A stretch of DNA of 64,000 nt from a virus. Numbering within the stretch: the first letter of the stretch is position 1; each line of letters opens with the position of its first letter. The translations under genes and the position numbers were made by a program. Of this stretch, positions 16,573-26,405 are shown piece after piece. The notes under the pieces were generated by a model, which worked only from the letters and a program-made list of their open reading frames with translations, did not search any database and was not told the origin of the DNA. The DNA is taken from the IMG/VR virus record IMGVR_UViG_3300045988_151219, positions 32,001 through 96,000 of that record. The stretch is one strand, 5' to 3'.

Positions 16573-17961
16573 TTAGTTTATCTGGGTAAGAAAGCTATTT
16601 AACCTTGTATGATTTTCGTTAATTGAATTGATTGTTTCTACCTTTTGAGGCTTATTAACTATTGACTCATTAACTACTGTCGTTTGGTAATATGCTTTCG
16701 CCCCATAGTCAAAATTTGATTTCTTTTTGACGCTCTTCTTTATTTTAGGCTTTGAGATAACAGGCTTTACAGACTCTACTATCTTTTCCTCTTTTTTAGA
16801 AAGCTGCGTCTTTAAATTCTTTATTTGCTTATTTAAAAGCTTTTTGGTTTCGGTAGATTCTTCTATCTTAGAAAAATAAGTGGCTTTTAACATAGAATTT
16901 GATTCCTGTAAAAAGTCTATCTCTTTACTAAGACTATCAATAGATTCTTCTAACTTCATGTTAGAAGCTATAGCAACATCAACTTCTTTAGATTTCTCGA
17001 CAAGTGCCAGCTTACTTTTAGAGATTTCTTTATTAAAGTGACTTGCCTGGCTGTCTATAGATTCTTTTAAATCTTTTATATCTTTACGATATGAAGAAAC
17101 TTGGTTATTTAGAGTCTGGATGTTGTCTGTAAGTGTAGAGATTTTCGCTCTAAGTGTAGAAATTTCTTCTTCACTTTCAAGTAATTTAGACTCTGTTATA
17201 ATATTTTCTTCAAAAAGATTCTCGTAAGACTCGTCTAAAATCTCTTTGTCAGAAGTGCTGTTTTTGATTTTAGCGTCTATCTTACTTTTAATAGAATCAT
17301 ATATATTAGAATCCATAGATTCAAATATCGGTTTTAATGATTTAATATCCGATGAAGTCGCTTCATCAAGATATTTATTCAATGTGTCAATAAATGTAGC
17401 ATTAGACGATTCATTGACCGGAGAAAGTCTTGAAGTAGAAAAGCCAGGATTAGGTACAAAGTCAAATCCTTTAAAAACATAGTTATCTTCATCAGGATAA
17501 CTTATACCATCTCTAACGGTCATTGACCCTCTGGCTCTTGCAGAAATACCCATTTTACTACCATACTTTATCATGGTATATACCATTCTTCCTGCTGGTG
17601 TATTGAGTATGTCGGCTCTTCCCCACAAGACTTTTTTAGCTTCATCCCACCATAATTTAATTACATTATGGGATACTTTATTTAAATCAATATCAAACCG
17701 TTCTTCCGGATGTGATAATTCTCCGAATAATGTACGGTTTTCCATTAATTCAATAGTGGTTGGATAGTTACGTATCTTATTCTCTACTAAAGAAAAAGTG
17801 TAACCCCGCATATTGTTATTTATTTCATCAACTGAAATAAACGGACCCTCAACGGAACAAAGCACAGCATCGTTAGGTACGTTACTTTCAGTAGATTCAC
17901 ATATTTTTAATTGATGTACTTGTATATTGCTTAAGTATTGTAATTCTTTATCTGTAGGCAA
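16573..17961 (-). CDS. Prohead protease (T4 gp21-like) fused to a coiled-coil scaffold domain
   Basis: N-terminal 200 aa: LFGELSHPEERFDIDL...KLWWDE..KVLWGRADIL.TP.G......IKYGSKMGISARARGS aligns with T4 gp21 ALGELNHPPRANVD...DMWWKG.DVYGRARVI.....G......IRAGWIPGVSSRGLGS. C-terminal 260 aa is K/E/S-rich heptad-like coiled coil. TTG start behind GGGGGTG. Confidence 0.85.
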   Translation of the reverse strand: MPTDKELQYLSNIQVHQLKICESTESNVPNDAVLCSVEGPFISVDEINNNMRGYTFSLVENKIRNYPTTIELMENRTLFGELSHPEERFDIDLNKVSHNVIKLWWDEAKKVLWGRADILNTPAGRMVYTMIKYGSKMGISARARGSMTVRDGISYPDEDNYVFKGFDFVPNPGFSTSRLSPVNESSNATFIDTLNKYLDEATSSDIKSLKPIFESMDSNIYDSIKSKIDAKIKNSTSDKEILDESYENLFEENIITESKLLESEEEISTLRAKISTLTDNIQTLNNQVSSYRKDIKDLKESIDSQASHFNKEISKSKLALVEKSKEVDVAIASNMKLEESIDSLSKEIDFLQESNSMLKATYFSKIEESTETKKLLNKQIKNLKTQLSKKEEKIVESVKPVISKPKIKKSVKKKSNFDYGAKAYYQTTVVNESIVNKPQKVETINSINENHTRLNSFLTQIN

Positions 17962-17998
17962 GGTTTCACCCCCAATAAACTAAGATAATATATAAGAG

Positions 17999-20230
17999 TT
18001 AGGTTCTAATTAATCTTTGTTTATATCCCGAATCGTACTTGCGAATTTCGTTGACTGAAAAATGTTTTGTCACTACCCAAATTAATTTATTCTTATTCCG
18101 CCTAATATATGATAAAGAAGTTGATGAATCGTTTCCGAAAAATTCACCGTCAGTAAATACAATTATGCAGTCTGTCTTCTGATTTACTCTTTTCTTTACC
18201 ATCTCTACCGCTGTAGAAAAGTCCGTTCCACCCTGCGGATATTTCGCATAAGCTGCAGCAACTCTACCATACAGACCCCTTAAGGTTGTGTAGTGTTCCC
18301 AATAATAATCTTTGTCAGACGCCCAATATAAAGCTTCGACCTTCAAATTATGTTTGATTATTTTACTTATATTATCTATTTCCGAAATAACTAAACGATA
18401 TTTATTTGCAGACATAGAACCCGAATTATCAAACATTAAAACTATACGTCCTATATAAGATTCATCAGCTGATGAACCAAACGCTCCTTCAAGTCTTCTG
18501 GACGGGTCATTAGGTCTATACTCTTCTTTTACGTTTAAATAATTGGTAAGTAAAGCTCTTAATTTAACTTTCCAATTAGATAAATTCTGATTAACTTTCA
18601 GCGGCTTTTCCATAATAGGTGAAGAAGCCTTCAACGTTTTCTTAGCCTTTGCTAAAGAACTATTTGAGTCTTCATCATCTTTTACAATTCCAGCTTCTTT
18701 TAATTCTCTTAATTCATCTTGGTCTTCTTTACCTTGTTCATTATTTGTATTGTTCAAAATCTTTTCTACTACATCTTTTAAATCTTTTTGTGACATAGCC
18801 GGCATAGATGAATTAGATTTAGACTGTCTAACTAAAATGTTACGCATAGATTTAGGTATAGATGAATTTCCGCCACTTGAAGAGTCACTGCCAGAAGAAC
18901 CACTTTGAGAATCTCCAGCTTGAGAAGTTGTACCCGAACTACCGCTATCTTGCGAATCTCCTTTGTTACCTTTCATATCATTCTGGCTTAAATCTCTTCC
19001 TGTACTTGAAGAGTTTCCACCATTACTACCTTGAGATGAATTATTTCCGTTTTGACTTTGTTGCGAACTTGATGAACCGCCACTCTGTTGATTTTGCTGG
19101 GAATTTCCGCTCTGTTGACGTTGCTGTGAGTTACCACCCTGCTGATTATCTTCCGTATCTACATTGTTACCGTTAGATACTATTTGTTTTTCATTTCCAT
19201 CTTCATCAACCATGGAAATATTATCAGAAAATCTCTTGATAAAATCTAATATTTTATGAGTTACTATTACAGAATTATCTTTATAGTATTCAAGTAATGA
19301 GTTTGAAATAGAAAAATTAACTCCTAAATAGCCGTCAAAGTCAGTCACTTTAGATAAAACATTAGAAGGTAAAGATACTTTTCCATCTAACAGCTGTTTA
19401 AAAGCTTCTCTTAAAATCTTATAGAATTTGTCTTTTGTAAAATCTACTTTACCTAAAGAGAAAAACATGTCATTAGAAACGCCTGTTATCATCGGAGACT
19501 TTAACAAAACTTTTTCTAACGGCAAGTTTATACAAGCATCTTCTACTATATTACATAAAGTATGAGGATATTTTTTAAAAGATTTTTGAAATAAATGTCC
19601 TCTGTAGATGTGGCTCATCTCATGAGCCAGCAAAAGAACTATTGAATTTTTGGCTTCATTTACTATTAAATCAATAGCTCTTTTGTCAGTTAATTTTAAA
19701 TATCTTATATATTCATTGGTAGACTGATAAAGTGCCTGATAAATAATAAATTCCGGATTGTACCAAAGCTCAACGTCTCCTGATAAAGTCCTGGTAACAC
19801 ATAAAGTCGGTATCTTCCTATTTACTTTCTGCGGAATGTGATTAAAGATAATAGCATATTGAGGAAATAAAATATTTAATCTCTTTACAGCAGCATTAAA
19901 CAATTCAACGCCTAACTGCGGATTAACTTTTTTCATTTCCTCTTTTACTATATCAGCAAGCTTTTGTCTTATTTTTAATGTGTCTACATCAGCACTATAA
20001 TTATTAGATAAAGTAGCTTCTTCTTTTGAGCCTTCCGGAGAATAAGCTACTCCTATTGAAAAAGTATTGTCCGGATTTTCTGTGTTAGTATCTTTAGCAA
20101 ATATAAAGTCTATATCTAAAAAGTTCTTCTGTTTTTCAGAAACCAGTTTATTAAGCTCTTGTCCGTCTTTACTAACAAACTTTTCTTTTATATTTTGTAT
20201 ATGTCCTACTATTTCTTTAAAGTTATACAT
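17999..20230 (-). CDS. vWA-domain protein with N-terminal HExxH metallopeptidase-like domain and a ~110-aa S/G/Q/N-rich linker
   Basis: 743 aa. HExxH motif in LLLAHEMSHIYRGH. Low-complexity region at roughly nt 18850-19190. C-terminal vWA MIDAS elements VLMFDNSGSMS, GGTDFSTA and IIVFTDGE. Confidence 0.8.
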   Translation of the reverse strand: MYNFKEIVGHIQNIKEKFVSKDGQELNKLVSEKQKNFLDIDFIFAKDTNTENPDNTFSIGVAYSPEGSKEEATLSNNYSADVDTLKIRQKLADIVKEEMKKVNPQLGVELFNAAVKRLNILFPQYAIIFNHIPQKVNRKIPTLCVTRTLSGDVELWYNPEFIIYQALYQSTNEYIRYLKLTDKRAIDLIVNEAKNSIVLLLAHEMSHIYRGHLFQKSFKKYPHTLCNIVEDACINLPLEKVLLKSPMITGVSNDMFFSLGKVDFTKDKFYKILREAFKQLLDGKVSLPSNVLSKVTDFDGYLGVNFSISNSLLEYYKDNSVIVTHKILDFIKRFSDNISMVDEDGNEKQIVSNGNNVDTEDNQQGGNSQQRQQSGNSQQNQQSGGSSSSQQSQNGNNSSQGSNGGNSSSTGRDLSQNDMKGNKGDSQDSGSSGTTSQAGDSQSGSSGSDSSSGGNSSIPKSMRNILVRQSKSNSSMPAMSQKDLKDVVEKILNNTNNEQGKEDQDELRELKEAGIVKDDEDSNSSLAKAKKTLKASSPIMEKPLKVNQNLSNWKVKLRALLTNYLNVKEEYRPNDPSRRLEGAFGSSADESYIGRIVLMFDNSGSMSANKYRLVISEIDNISKIIKHNLKVEALYWASDKDYYWEHYTTLRGLYGRVAAAYAKYPQGGTDFSTAVEMVKKRVNQKTDCIIVFTDGEFFGNDSSTSLSYIRRNKNKLIWVVTKHFSVNEIRKYDSGYKQRLIRT

Positions 20231-20235
20231 AAACT

Positions 20236-20568
20236 TTATTCCTCATAAGAAAATCCGATTCCGTTATATCTCGGTCGGCCTAAAGCTTCTATTGTGAGCT
20301 TATATAAATCTTTACTTCTAATCACTACTATATCAAAATCATATATTGTGTGATTAACATTCTGGCGATATTTAATTTTAAATCCGCCTGTAAATTTAGT
20401 GCTGTTATTTACATACCGCCCATCAGTCGCAATAGCAGGAACGAAATATTTCTCATAATCATTCCTGCTCACGTCTATAGAAATGATTTTATTACTGTCT
20501 TCTACTTCTTCTAAGTCAGTACGATAATCGATTGAATTAAGAAAAGATATAAGTACCTCTTTTAACAT
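20236..20568 (-). CDS. Hypothetical protein (110 aa) between the AAA+ and vWA genes
   Basis: ORF-track entry, 1-5 nt from both neighbours. Confidence 0.6.
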   Translation of the reverse strand: MLKEVLISFLNSIDYRTDLEEVEDSNKIISIDVSRNDYEKYFVPAIATDGRYVNNSTKFTGGFKIKYRQNVNHTIYDFDIVVIRSKDLYKLTIEALGRPRYNGIGFSYEE

Positions 20569-20569
20569 C

Positions 20570-23500
20570 TTATTTTGCTCCTTTATTAATATTAGCAGCT
20601 ACTTTAGCTTTGATTTCATCAGAAACTACTACCCCTACACTGTCCATAAGCTCTACCAGTAAGTCTGCTGTATCAAAAGCTTTATTAATAAATTTTCTAA
20701 AATATGTACTGTCTTTTCCTGTATAAAGCATATTAACTTTATATTCATTTGATGGAAGACTATTTAAGAAAGCATAAACAACTTCTCTATCATATTCTGG
20801 GTCTTTATTATCAAAATGGTCAATATACTGTTTAAACAAGCTATTAACAACTGAATATCTCTTTTCAATTACAGGTATAATAGAAATTTCCTGTTCTAAG
20901 AATTTGTTTAATATGTCTATTGATACGCAATCTTCTAAATCATAATGCTCTATTTCTCGGTCAGACACATTATTATAAAACTGTCCGAATTTAGAAGAAG
21001 CATCACTTCCTACAATATAAGTAAAAGCTTCTTTACGGTCACGCATAACTTCAATATCTATCTGTCTTGCAATAACCGCTAATCTCTGGAAAGTCCTATA
21101 AAGAGAATCATCTTCTTTTATACTATCAGAAGTATGAGAAGCTACTAATTCCTGGAGCGTTTCTGCTACTGATTGAGAATCTACCTGCTCCCCACCTAAG
21201 GTAACAGAATAATCCCCTCTGGCACCAGCCCATTTATGAATGTACTTCTTGACTGTATTGTAGACATCTACAAAATCAGTATCTTTTCCCTCTCCTGAAA
21301 TTAAATCAGCTACCTGTCTTTGTGTCTTTTCATCAGGGAACAATACAACTCCTCTAAACATAGAAGTTGATTTAGAGTTCTTTATAAATGTACTTAAGTC
21401 TTCCCACGCTCTGGTAGATGAAGAAGAACATTCTAATGACCGCTTTTCAACTGTATTCATAAAAGCAATAGCATCTTCCGGAGCTAAGTCATTAAAATAT
21501 TTTTGTACTTCCGGAGCAAATTCTGAATCTTTCATATACTTCTGGAAAGATTTTAAATCAAGCTCATCAAATTCAGGTTTCTTTAATACTGAAAATCTTG
21601 CTGAAAATGCAGGGTCAAGAGGTTTAACGTCAGAATAAGCTTCCCCTACGTTACAAGAACCTACAACTTTTACTCTGTCTTTATTGAATTTTATACCTCT
21701 AAATCTGTGGTCTGAAATAACTTCTAAGATAGCACTCATAAGAGTCGTATCAGAAAGTCTATTCATTTCATCAAAATGAATAATAACTTCCTGTCCTACG
21801 TCCGCTGCTTTTCTTAGCTTATAATATAATTCTCCGTCACAAGCTTTTATAGTAGTCTTTTCAGGCAAGTTAAATTCAGACAGCTTAGGCAACTCATTTA
21901 GTTCAGACTCATTTAAATTAAGTCCGCCTAAAATATAACGGGCTACAGATACAGTAGTAGGAATACCCATCAAGTCCAGTCTATCTTGTTCAGCTAAGTT
22001 TACATCTATCAGTAAAGCCTTTCTTTTATTTGCTATTGCTTTTAACCTTGAAGATTTACCCATAGATGAAGCTGTTTCAAGCAGAATAGGTGTATTAGAA
22101 TCAATACCCTGTTCTATAAAATCAGACATAACATCATCAGAAAGTTCAGCTTCTTTATATCCTAATTTAGTCAGATAGTCATAGAAGTTTTCTCCACCTT
22201 CTCCTAAAAGACCCATAAAGATATCTTTCTTAATTACTTTATCGGGATGTTGATAAAGATAGTTTGAAGCCATTTCCCACGTGCGGAAGTTAGGATAAGA
22301 AGTTTCCCCAGCTTTGTCAGTATCCCCTGTATCATTATAAACTTTCTCTACTAAAGAAAAATCATAATACTGTGTTGGGAATTTTTCTAAGTATTCTCTT
22401 ACTACCGGATGAATGTTAGTCCTGTCTCCTTCAGACTTTTCATCTGCCCAGGCTTTCCACGGTTTAATAACATCTTCCGGCAAAATAGGAATAGGTTCAA
22501 AACGGTCATTAAAAGCAGCATCGTCTGAAATTCCTACTTGATATATTGACTGTAAATCTTCTTCTTTTCCTACGGCATAGTTAGAAGCTGCTACAATCTT
22601 AGCATACTTCATAGGGTGACCCATAAATTCCTTGTCCGACAGTATCTTTGTAAAAGCTTGTCTGATAGGTGGATAACATCTCATAAGTTCGTCCAGGAAC
22701 AGAACAGGCGGTTTTGCTCCTTCTTTAAACTTATTCAATATTTTTGTGAGTCTTTCTTTGTCATAGTCTTCTGCGGTTTCTATTTTCTCTTCTATAATAG
22801 GAATAGATTTACGGCAGAAATCTACGTATGAATCTAAGCATTCTATCATAAAAGAAGCAGGAGCTGAATTTGCCACTATCTCTGAAAGGTCCTCTAAATC
22901 TTCTGTATTATTTACTTTAGATAAACCTTGTAAGTCAAGACGTGATAAGAAAGCTAACCGAATATCTACTAAACGATAGCCATACTGGTCAGCTAATTTC
23001 TTAACCATAGCAGATTTAGCTACCCCTGACTGCCCTAAAAGCAAAGGTATTCTATTCTGCGGTTTATCATTTTGAAAATAAACATCAAGTCTACTTACAT
23101 ATGTAGGGGTACCTGATTCTACATTCCCTACACTGTTTTTAAATTCATCATCATCTACTTTGTTAAATAGGTCTTTGAGATTTGCTTCATCAATAGTCAT
23201 AAGTTTCATAGGTTTCCTTTGGATAGATTCATTAATATAATTATTAAAAGGGTGGTCATCAGTTAAAGAGTCTTTGTGATTTAAGCAGAAGTCTAAATAG
23301 TAAGAGTCCGAAACTCCCCCTATTTCCTGTCCGTCTATATCAGAATAGACTACAGTCGTTCCGCTTTCTGCCGTATCTACATATGAGTTTCTTAAAACAT
23401 CGTTATAGTCTACTTCGACTATCATTGCTTTAATTTTCTCCATATGCTTTTTAATCGAATATACGACAAAATCAGGTTCTGTCATTACATAAAAATTAAA

Positions 23501-23683
23501 TGGACGAACCTGATATATAGTTGGTGATTTTATTGAGCTTACTACTGATGAAGTAAACTCATCTGATAGATTGTTAAATTGTGAGGCTTTAGCTGTCAGT
23601 AAAAGATTATTTGTATCAAAGTCTACTACTTTGTTTGATATAACGGGACATTTTTCTAAGAAAGGTAAATAATCTTGTACCAC
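20570..23683 (-). CDS. Large ATPase with two MoxR/dynein-related (AAA_5-like) AAA+ modules
   Basis: 1037 aa. Module 1: Walker A LLLGQSGVAKSAM, ..RLDLQGL, Walker B VLFLDELMR. Module 2: Walker A LETASSMGKSS, ..RLDLMGIP, Walker B IIHFDEMNR. Confidence 0.8.
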   Translation of the reverse strand: MVQDYLPFLEKCPVISNKVVDFDTNNLLLTAKASQFNNLSDEFTSSVVSSIKSPTIYQVRPFNFYVMTEPDFVVYSIKKHMEKIKAMIVEVDYNDVLRNSYVDTAESGTTVVYSDIDGQEIGGVSDSYYLDFCLNHKDSLTDDHPFNNYINESIQRKPMKLMTIDEANLKDLFNKVDDDEFKNSVGNVESGTPTYVSRLDVYFQNDKPQNRIPLLLGQSGVAKSAMVKKLADQYGYRLVDIRLAFLSRLDLQGLSKVNNTEDLEDLSEIVANSAPASFMIECLDSYVDFCRKSIPIIEEKIETAEDYDKERLTKILNKFKEGAKPPVLFLDELMRCYPPIRQAFTKILSDKEFMGHPMKYAKIVAASNYAVGKEEDLQSIYQVGISDDAAFNDRFEPIPILPEDVIKPWKAWADEKSEGDRTNIHPVVREYLEKFPTQYYDFSLVEKVYNDTGDTDKAGETSYPNFRTWEMASNYLYQHPDKVIKKDIFMGLLGEGGENFYDYLTKLGYKEAELSDDVMSDFIEQGIDSNTPILLETASSMGKSSRLKAIANKRKALLIDVNLAEQDRLDLMGIPTTVSVARYILGGLNLNESELNELPKLSEFNLPEKTTIKACDGELYYKLRKAADVGQEVIIHFDEMNRLSDTTLMSAILEVISDHRFRGIKFNKDRVKVVGSCNVGEAYSDVKPLDPAFSARFSVLKKPEFDELDLKSFQKYMKDSEFAPEVQKYFNDLAPEDAIAFMNTVEKRSLECSSSSTRAWEDLSTFIKNSKSTSMFRGVVLFPDEKTQRQVADLISGEGKDTDFVDVYNTVKKYIHKWAGARGDYSVTLGGEQVDSQSVAETLQELVASHTSDSIKEDDSLYRTFQRLAVIARQIDIEVMRDRKEAFTYIVGSDASSKFGQFYNNVSDREIEHYDLEDCVSIDILNKFLEQEISIIPVIEKRYSVVNSLFKQYIDHFDNKDPEYDREVVYAFLNSLPSNEYKVNMLYTGKDSTYFRKFINKAFDTADLLVELMDSVGVVVSDEIKAKVAANINKGAK

Positions 23684-23695
23684 GATAATTTCTCC

Positions 23696-24250
23696 TTATT
23701 GCTGTAATAAGTATTTGAATAAATATTTAAAAGCTATTGAAACTTCTGTATCAAACTGCTTACTTAATGATATATTTCTGTTGCTTTCCCAGTCTATATC
23801 CATAAGTTCAAAGATAGGTTTCAGCCGCATATATACTGAAGGTGAATATGAAATCTGATACTGTCCTGAATCTGTTTTATATATACATTTCAACGCAAAT
23901 ACCAGTACTAAAACCTGAAACATTGTTACGACTGTCCGAATAAAAACATAGTCTTTATTCTGGTCATCTAAATAGTCCTGGTCTCCCACTTGCTGGAGTT
24001 CTTTAACCAGTTGCATAAACCTTTGATTCATGAAAATACGGCTCATAGCAGACCCGCCGGCATCTTGATACAGCTTTCTGATGTCTTCGATATCATCGAT
24101 ATCAGGATTATCCATAAGCTCTTTTATTTCATCATTATATTTCCTCAAAAGCGGAAGTACAATAACATCACTCTTCGGTCCAAAAGGTTTTTTAGACAAA
24201 AGCTTTCTAAAATATTTCTGGTAGTAAGTAGAAATCAGCTGTAACTTCAT
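23696..24250 (-). CDS. Hypothetical protein (184 aa)
   Basis: ORF-track entry. No motif recognised. Confidence 0.6.
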   Translation of the reverse strand: MKLQLISTYYQKYFRKLLSKKPFGPKSDVIVLPLLRKYNDEIKELMDNPDIDDIEDIRKLYQDAGGSAMSRIFMNQRFMQLVKELQQVGDQDYLDDQNKDYVFIRTVVTMFQVLVLVFALKCIYKTDSGQYQISYSPSVYMRLKPIFELMDIDWESNRNISLSKQFDTEVSIAFKYLFKYLLQQ

Positions 24251-24278
24251 TGTTTAACCTCTCTTTGAATTAATTTTG

Positions 24279-25283
24279 TCAAATAATTGAAAGTGTAAAA
24301 TATCTCCTTAACAGAATCTGCTTTATAAGTGTTACTAAATTTATAATACGATATTTTTCACTTAGTAAATATTTCTTTCTCCCAAAAGGTTTTACTTCTA
24401 AATAAAAATCCTTTGGCAATAACTTACGTAAACTATCAGGAAGTATTGTTGTTAAATCTAAAAATCCCCTTGTTATTGAGTAAAAAGCTGATTTAGTGGC
24501 AATTCTTCCACCATCTAAAAACGCTATTGCTACTTCTTCTAAATTACTCTCCTTTAAAATTTTGTATGATTTAATATTATCTTTAGCACTATTATTTACT
24601 AAAATATAAAGCTGGTCTTGTTTTGTCGCCTTATATGTTAAGTAAGAAAATTTTCGTACGGGTATTATAGATTTTATAACATAATATATGTCTACCTTCT
24701 CTCCCTTTTTAGGCTTCACATATCTATATAGAATAGTAAGCACAGATTTATATAAATTTACATTCTTAACTAACAAAATTAACTTATCTACAACATTTAA
24801 AATATTGTAATCAACTCCGCTATTTAAAAGCTTCACCATCAACTGAAAAGCGTCTAAGTTTTCTTCTTTTAAGTTAAATAAGTTAAAATCCAAACTAAGT
24901 TTAAAAGCTATCAGTATATCCCTTATATTATTTTTATCGTCTTTAAAGTTTAAATAGTCTTTTAGCTGTTGGTCAGTTCCTACATAAACAGCTACCCCTA
25001 AACTTGGGTCAGTTAAATAAAAATTTCCTGATTTAATTCCATAAAATAACCCAAATAAAACTACATAAGGTTCGTCAACTTTTAACAGTTTAATATTTAA
25101 TTTAACATATTTACTAAAATTGTCAAAAGATACTATATGTAATCCAGTAAATTCTGGAAATATCTTCTGTATTTTAAGTAGATAGTCAGTTTTTTTACTT
25201 ATATCCTTATAAAATTTAATTACAGCCTCTTGACCGTTAATGCAAGAAATATTTAATTTGAAAGTTTTTTCTTGTACATTCAT
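24279..25283 (-). CDS. Paralog-array member 6 (divergent)
   Basis: LFGLFYGIKSGNFYLTDPSLGVAVYV and DAFQLMVKLLNSG correspond to the IFSMYYSPDTNIFYLNDP..AVPI and DSFSLLVQMLTKG blocks of the other members. The C-terminal tail has diverged. Confidence 0.65.
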   Translation of the reverse strand: MNVQEKTFKLNISCINGQEAVIKFYKDISKKTDYLLKIQKIFPEFTGLHIVSFDNFSKYVKLNIKLLKVDEPYVVLFGLFYGIKSGNFYLTDPSLGVAVYVGTDQQLKDYLNFKDDKNNIRDILIAFKLSLDFNLFNLKEENLDAFQLMVKLLNSGVDYNILNVVDKLILLVKNVNLYKSVLTILYRYVKPKKGEKVDIYYVIKSIIPVRKFSYLTYKATKQDQLYILVNNSAKDNIKSYKILKESNLEEVAIAFLDGGRIATKSAFYSITRGFLDLTTILPDSLRKLLPKDFYLEVKPFGRKKYLLSEKYRIINLVTLIKQILLRRYFTLSII

Positions 25284-25319
25284 TGGCAGTACCCTTCTAC
25301 AAACAGTTTATATTTTATA

Positions 25320-26404
25320 TTATACTAATTCTTTCATTAGTCTTTTTGAGATTTTGTTAAATATTACAGAAAATCGTCTACTATTGTGAGTATTATGAAT
25401 AAACTTATTTGCTTGAAACTCATGACCAAAATTAATTTTATTAGGGTCTGTAGGAGATTTTATAGAAGTCGCTTTATTAAAAGTTTCTTCCCCCATTAAA
25501 TCTTTTGCCGGACTTATTAAATCTTGAAAAGTAACTTCTGTCGTTTTTTTCTAAAGAAGGACTTTGTTTAATGAAATATTCTGTTAATTCCACCTTATTT
25601 ACATAATTAAGAATTTTATTATAGTGTTCTGAATCAGAATCATATTGGCTTAACGGAACATCAGAAGAAGCTCGGTATAAATAATATTTACAAGCTGATG
25701 AAGATTCTATAGGAACTATAGTAGAATTTTTATAAAATACTCTTTCTATATCTGAATAAAGGTTTGTTTTTTCCGCATTCAATTTTAAAATCCGTTGAAA
25801 GAAAAACTGAACTTCTATAACTTCTTTAGCTAAATTAAACAGCTTATATACAAAACCATCAACACTACTTGGGTCTGATACACTCTCTACAGAATGACTA
25901 CATAACAAGTCTATTAATAACTCAAAATTATCTACTTCTTTTTCTATTTCTTCATCTTTATTTAAAAAATATTCTATATTTCCTGTTAGCTTATAAGCCA
26001 TAACTTTATTAATAAAATCTTGACTTAAATCTACTCCTAAATAAAGAGATAAATCAGCTAAAGTATTAAACGGAACTGCAATACCAGTCTCCGGTTCAGT
26101 TAAATAAAATATTTCTGTTTCCGGAACATAATACATATTAAACAAATAAATATAATTTACCGTTTTGTTTTTTCATCCCAGTAAAGACAAAATAACTTTT
26201 CATTTTCATCTACTTCAAAGGGAAAGTCGGTAACATTTTCCGCTTTTCTTGTAGTAGATTTAAACAATAATATAAAAAGCATATATATTTACAGTCATTA
26301 TCTCTATTTGAGTTCAGTAATTTATCTATGAAAGTTAATTGTCTTACAAAACTAATTATTCTACGGGATACTTCACCAGTATCCAAAAAATAAAGTTTCT
26401 TCAT
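25320..26404 (-). pseudogene. Paralog-array member 5, disrupted by three frameshifts
   Basis: Track ORFs 26210-26419 and 25477-26145 are fragments. Own three-frame reading gives MKKLYFLDTGEVS... then (shift at plus A5 26274-26278) ..FILLFKSTTRKAENVTDFPFEVDENEKLFCLYWDEK, then (shift at plus T6 26168-26173) ..KTVNYIYLFNMYYVPETEIFY...SPSLEK, then (shift at plus T7 25544-25550) ..TTEVTFQDLISPAKDL...NSRRFSVIFNKISKRLMKELV*. Confidence 0.7.
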
Positions 26405-26405
26405 G

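Noticed and set aside
18850-19190. Possible tandem DNA repeat or CRISPR-like array, and plus-strand ORF 18862-19176
   Set aside because: The region encodes the S/G/Q/N-rich linker of the vWA protein. The repetition is compositional, with no fixed unit length or spacer structure. The plus-strand ORF is an antisense shadow.
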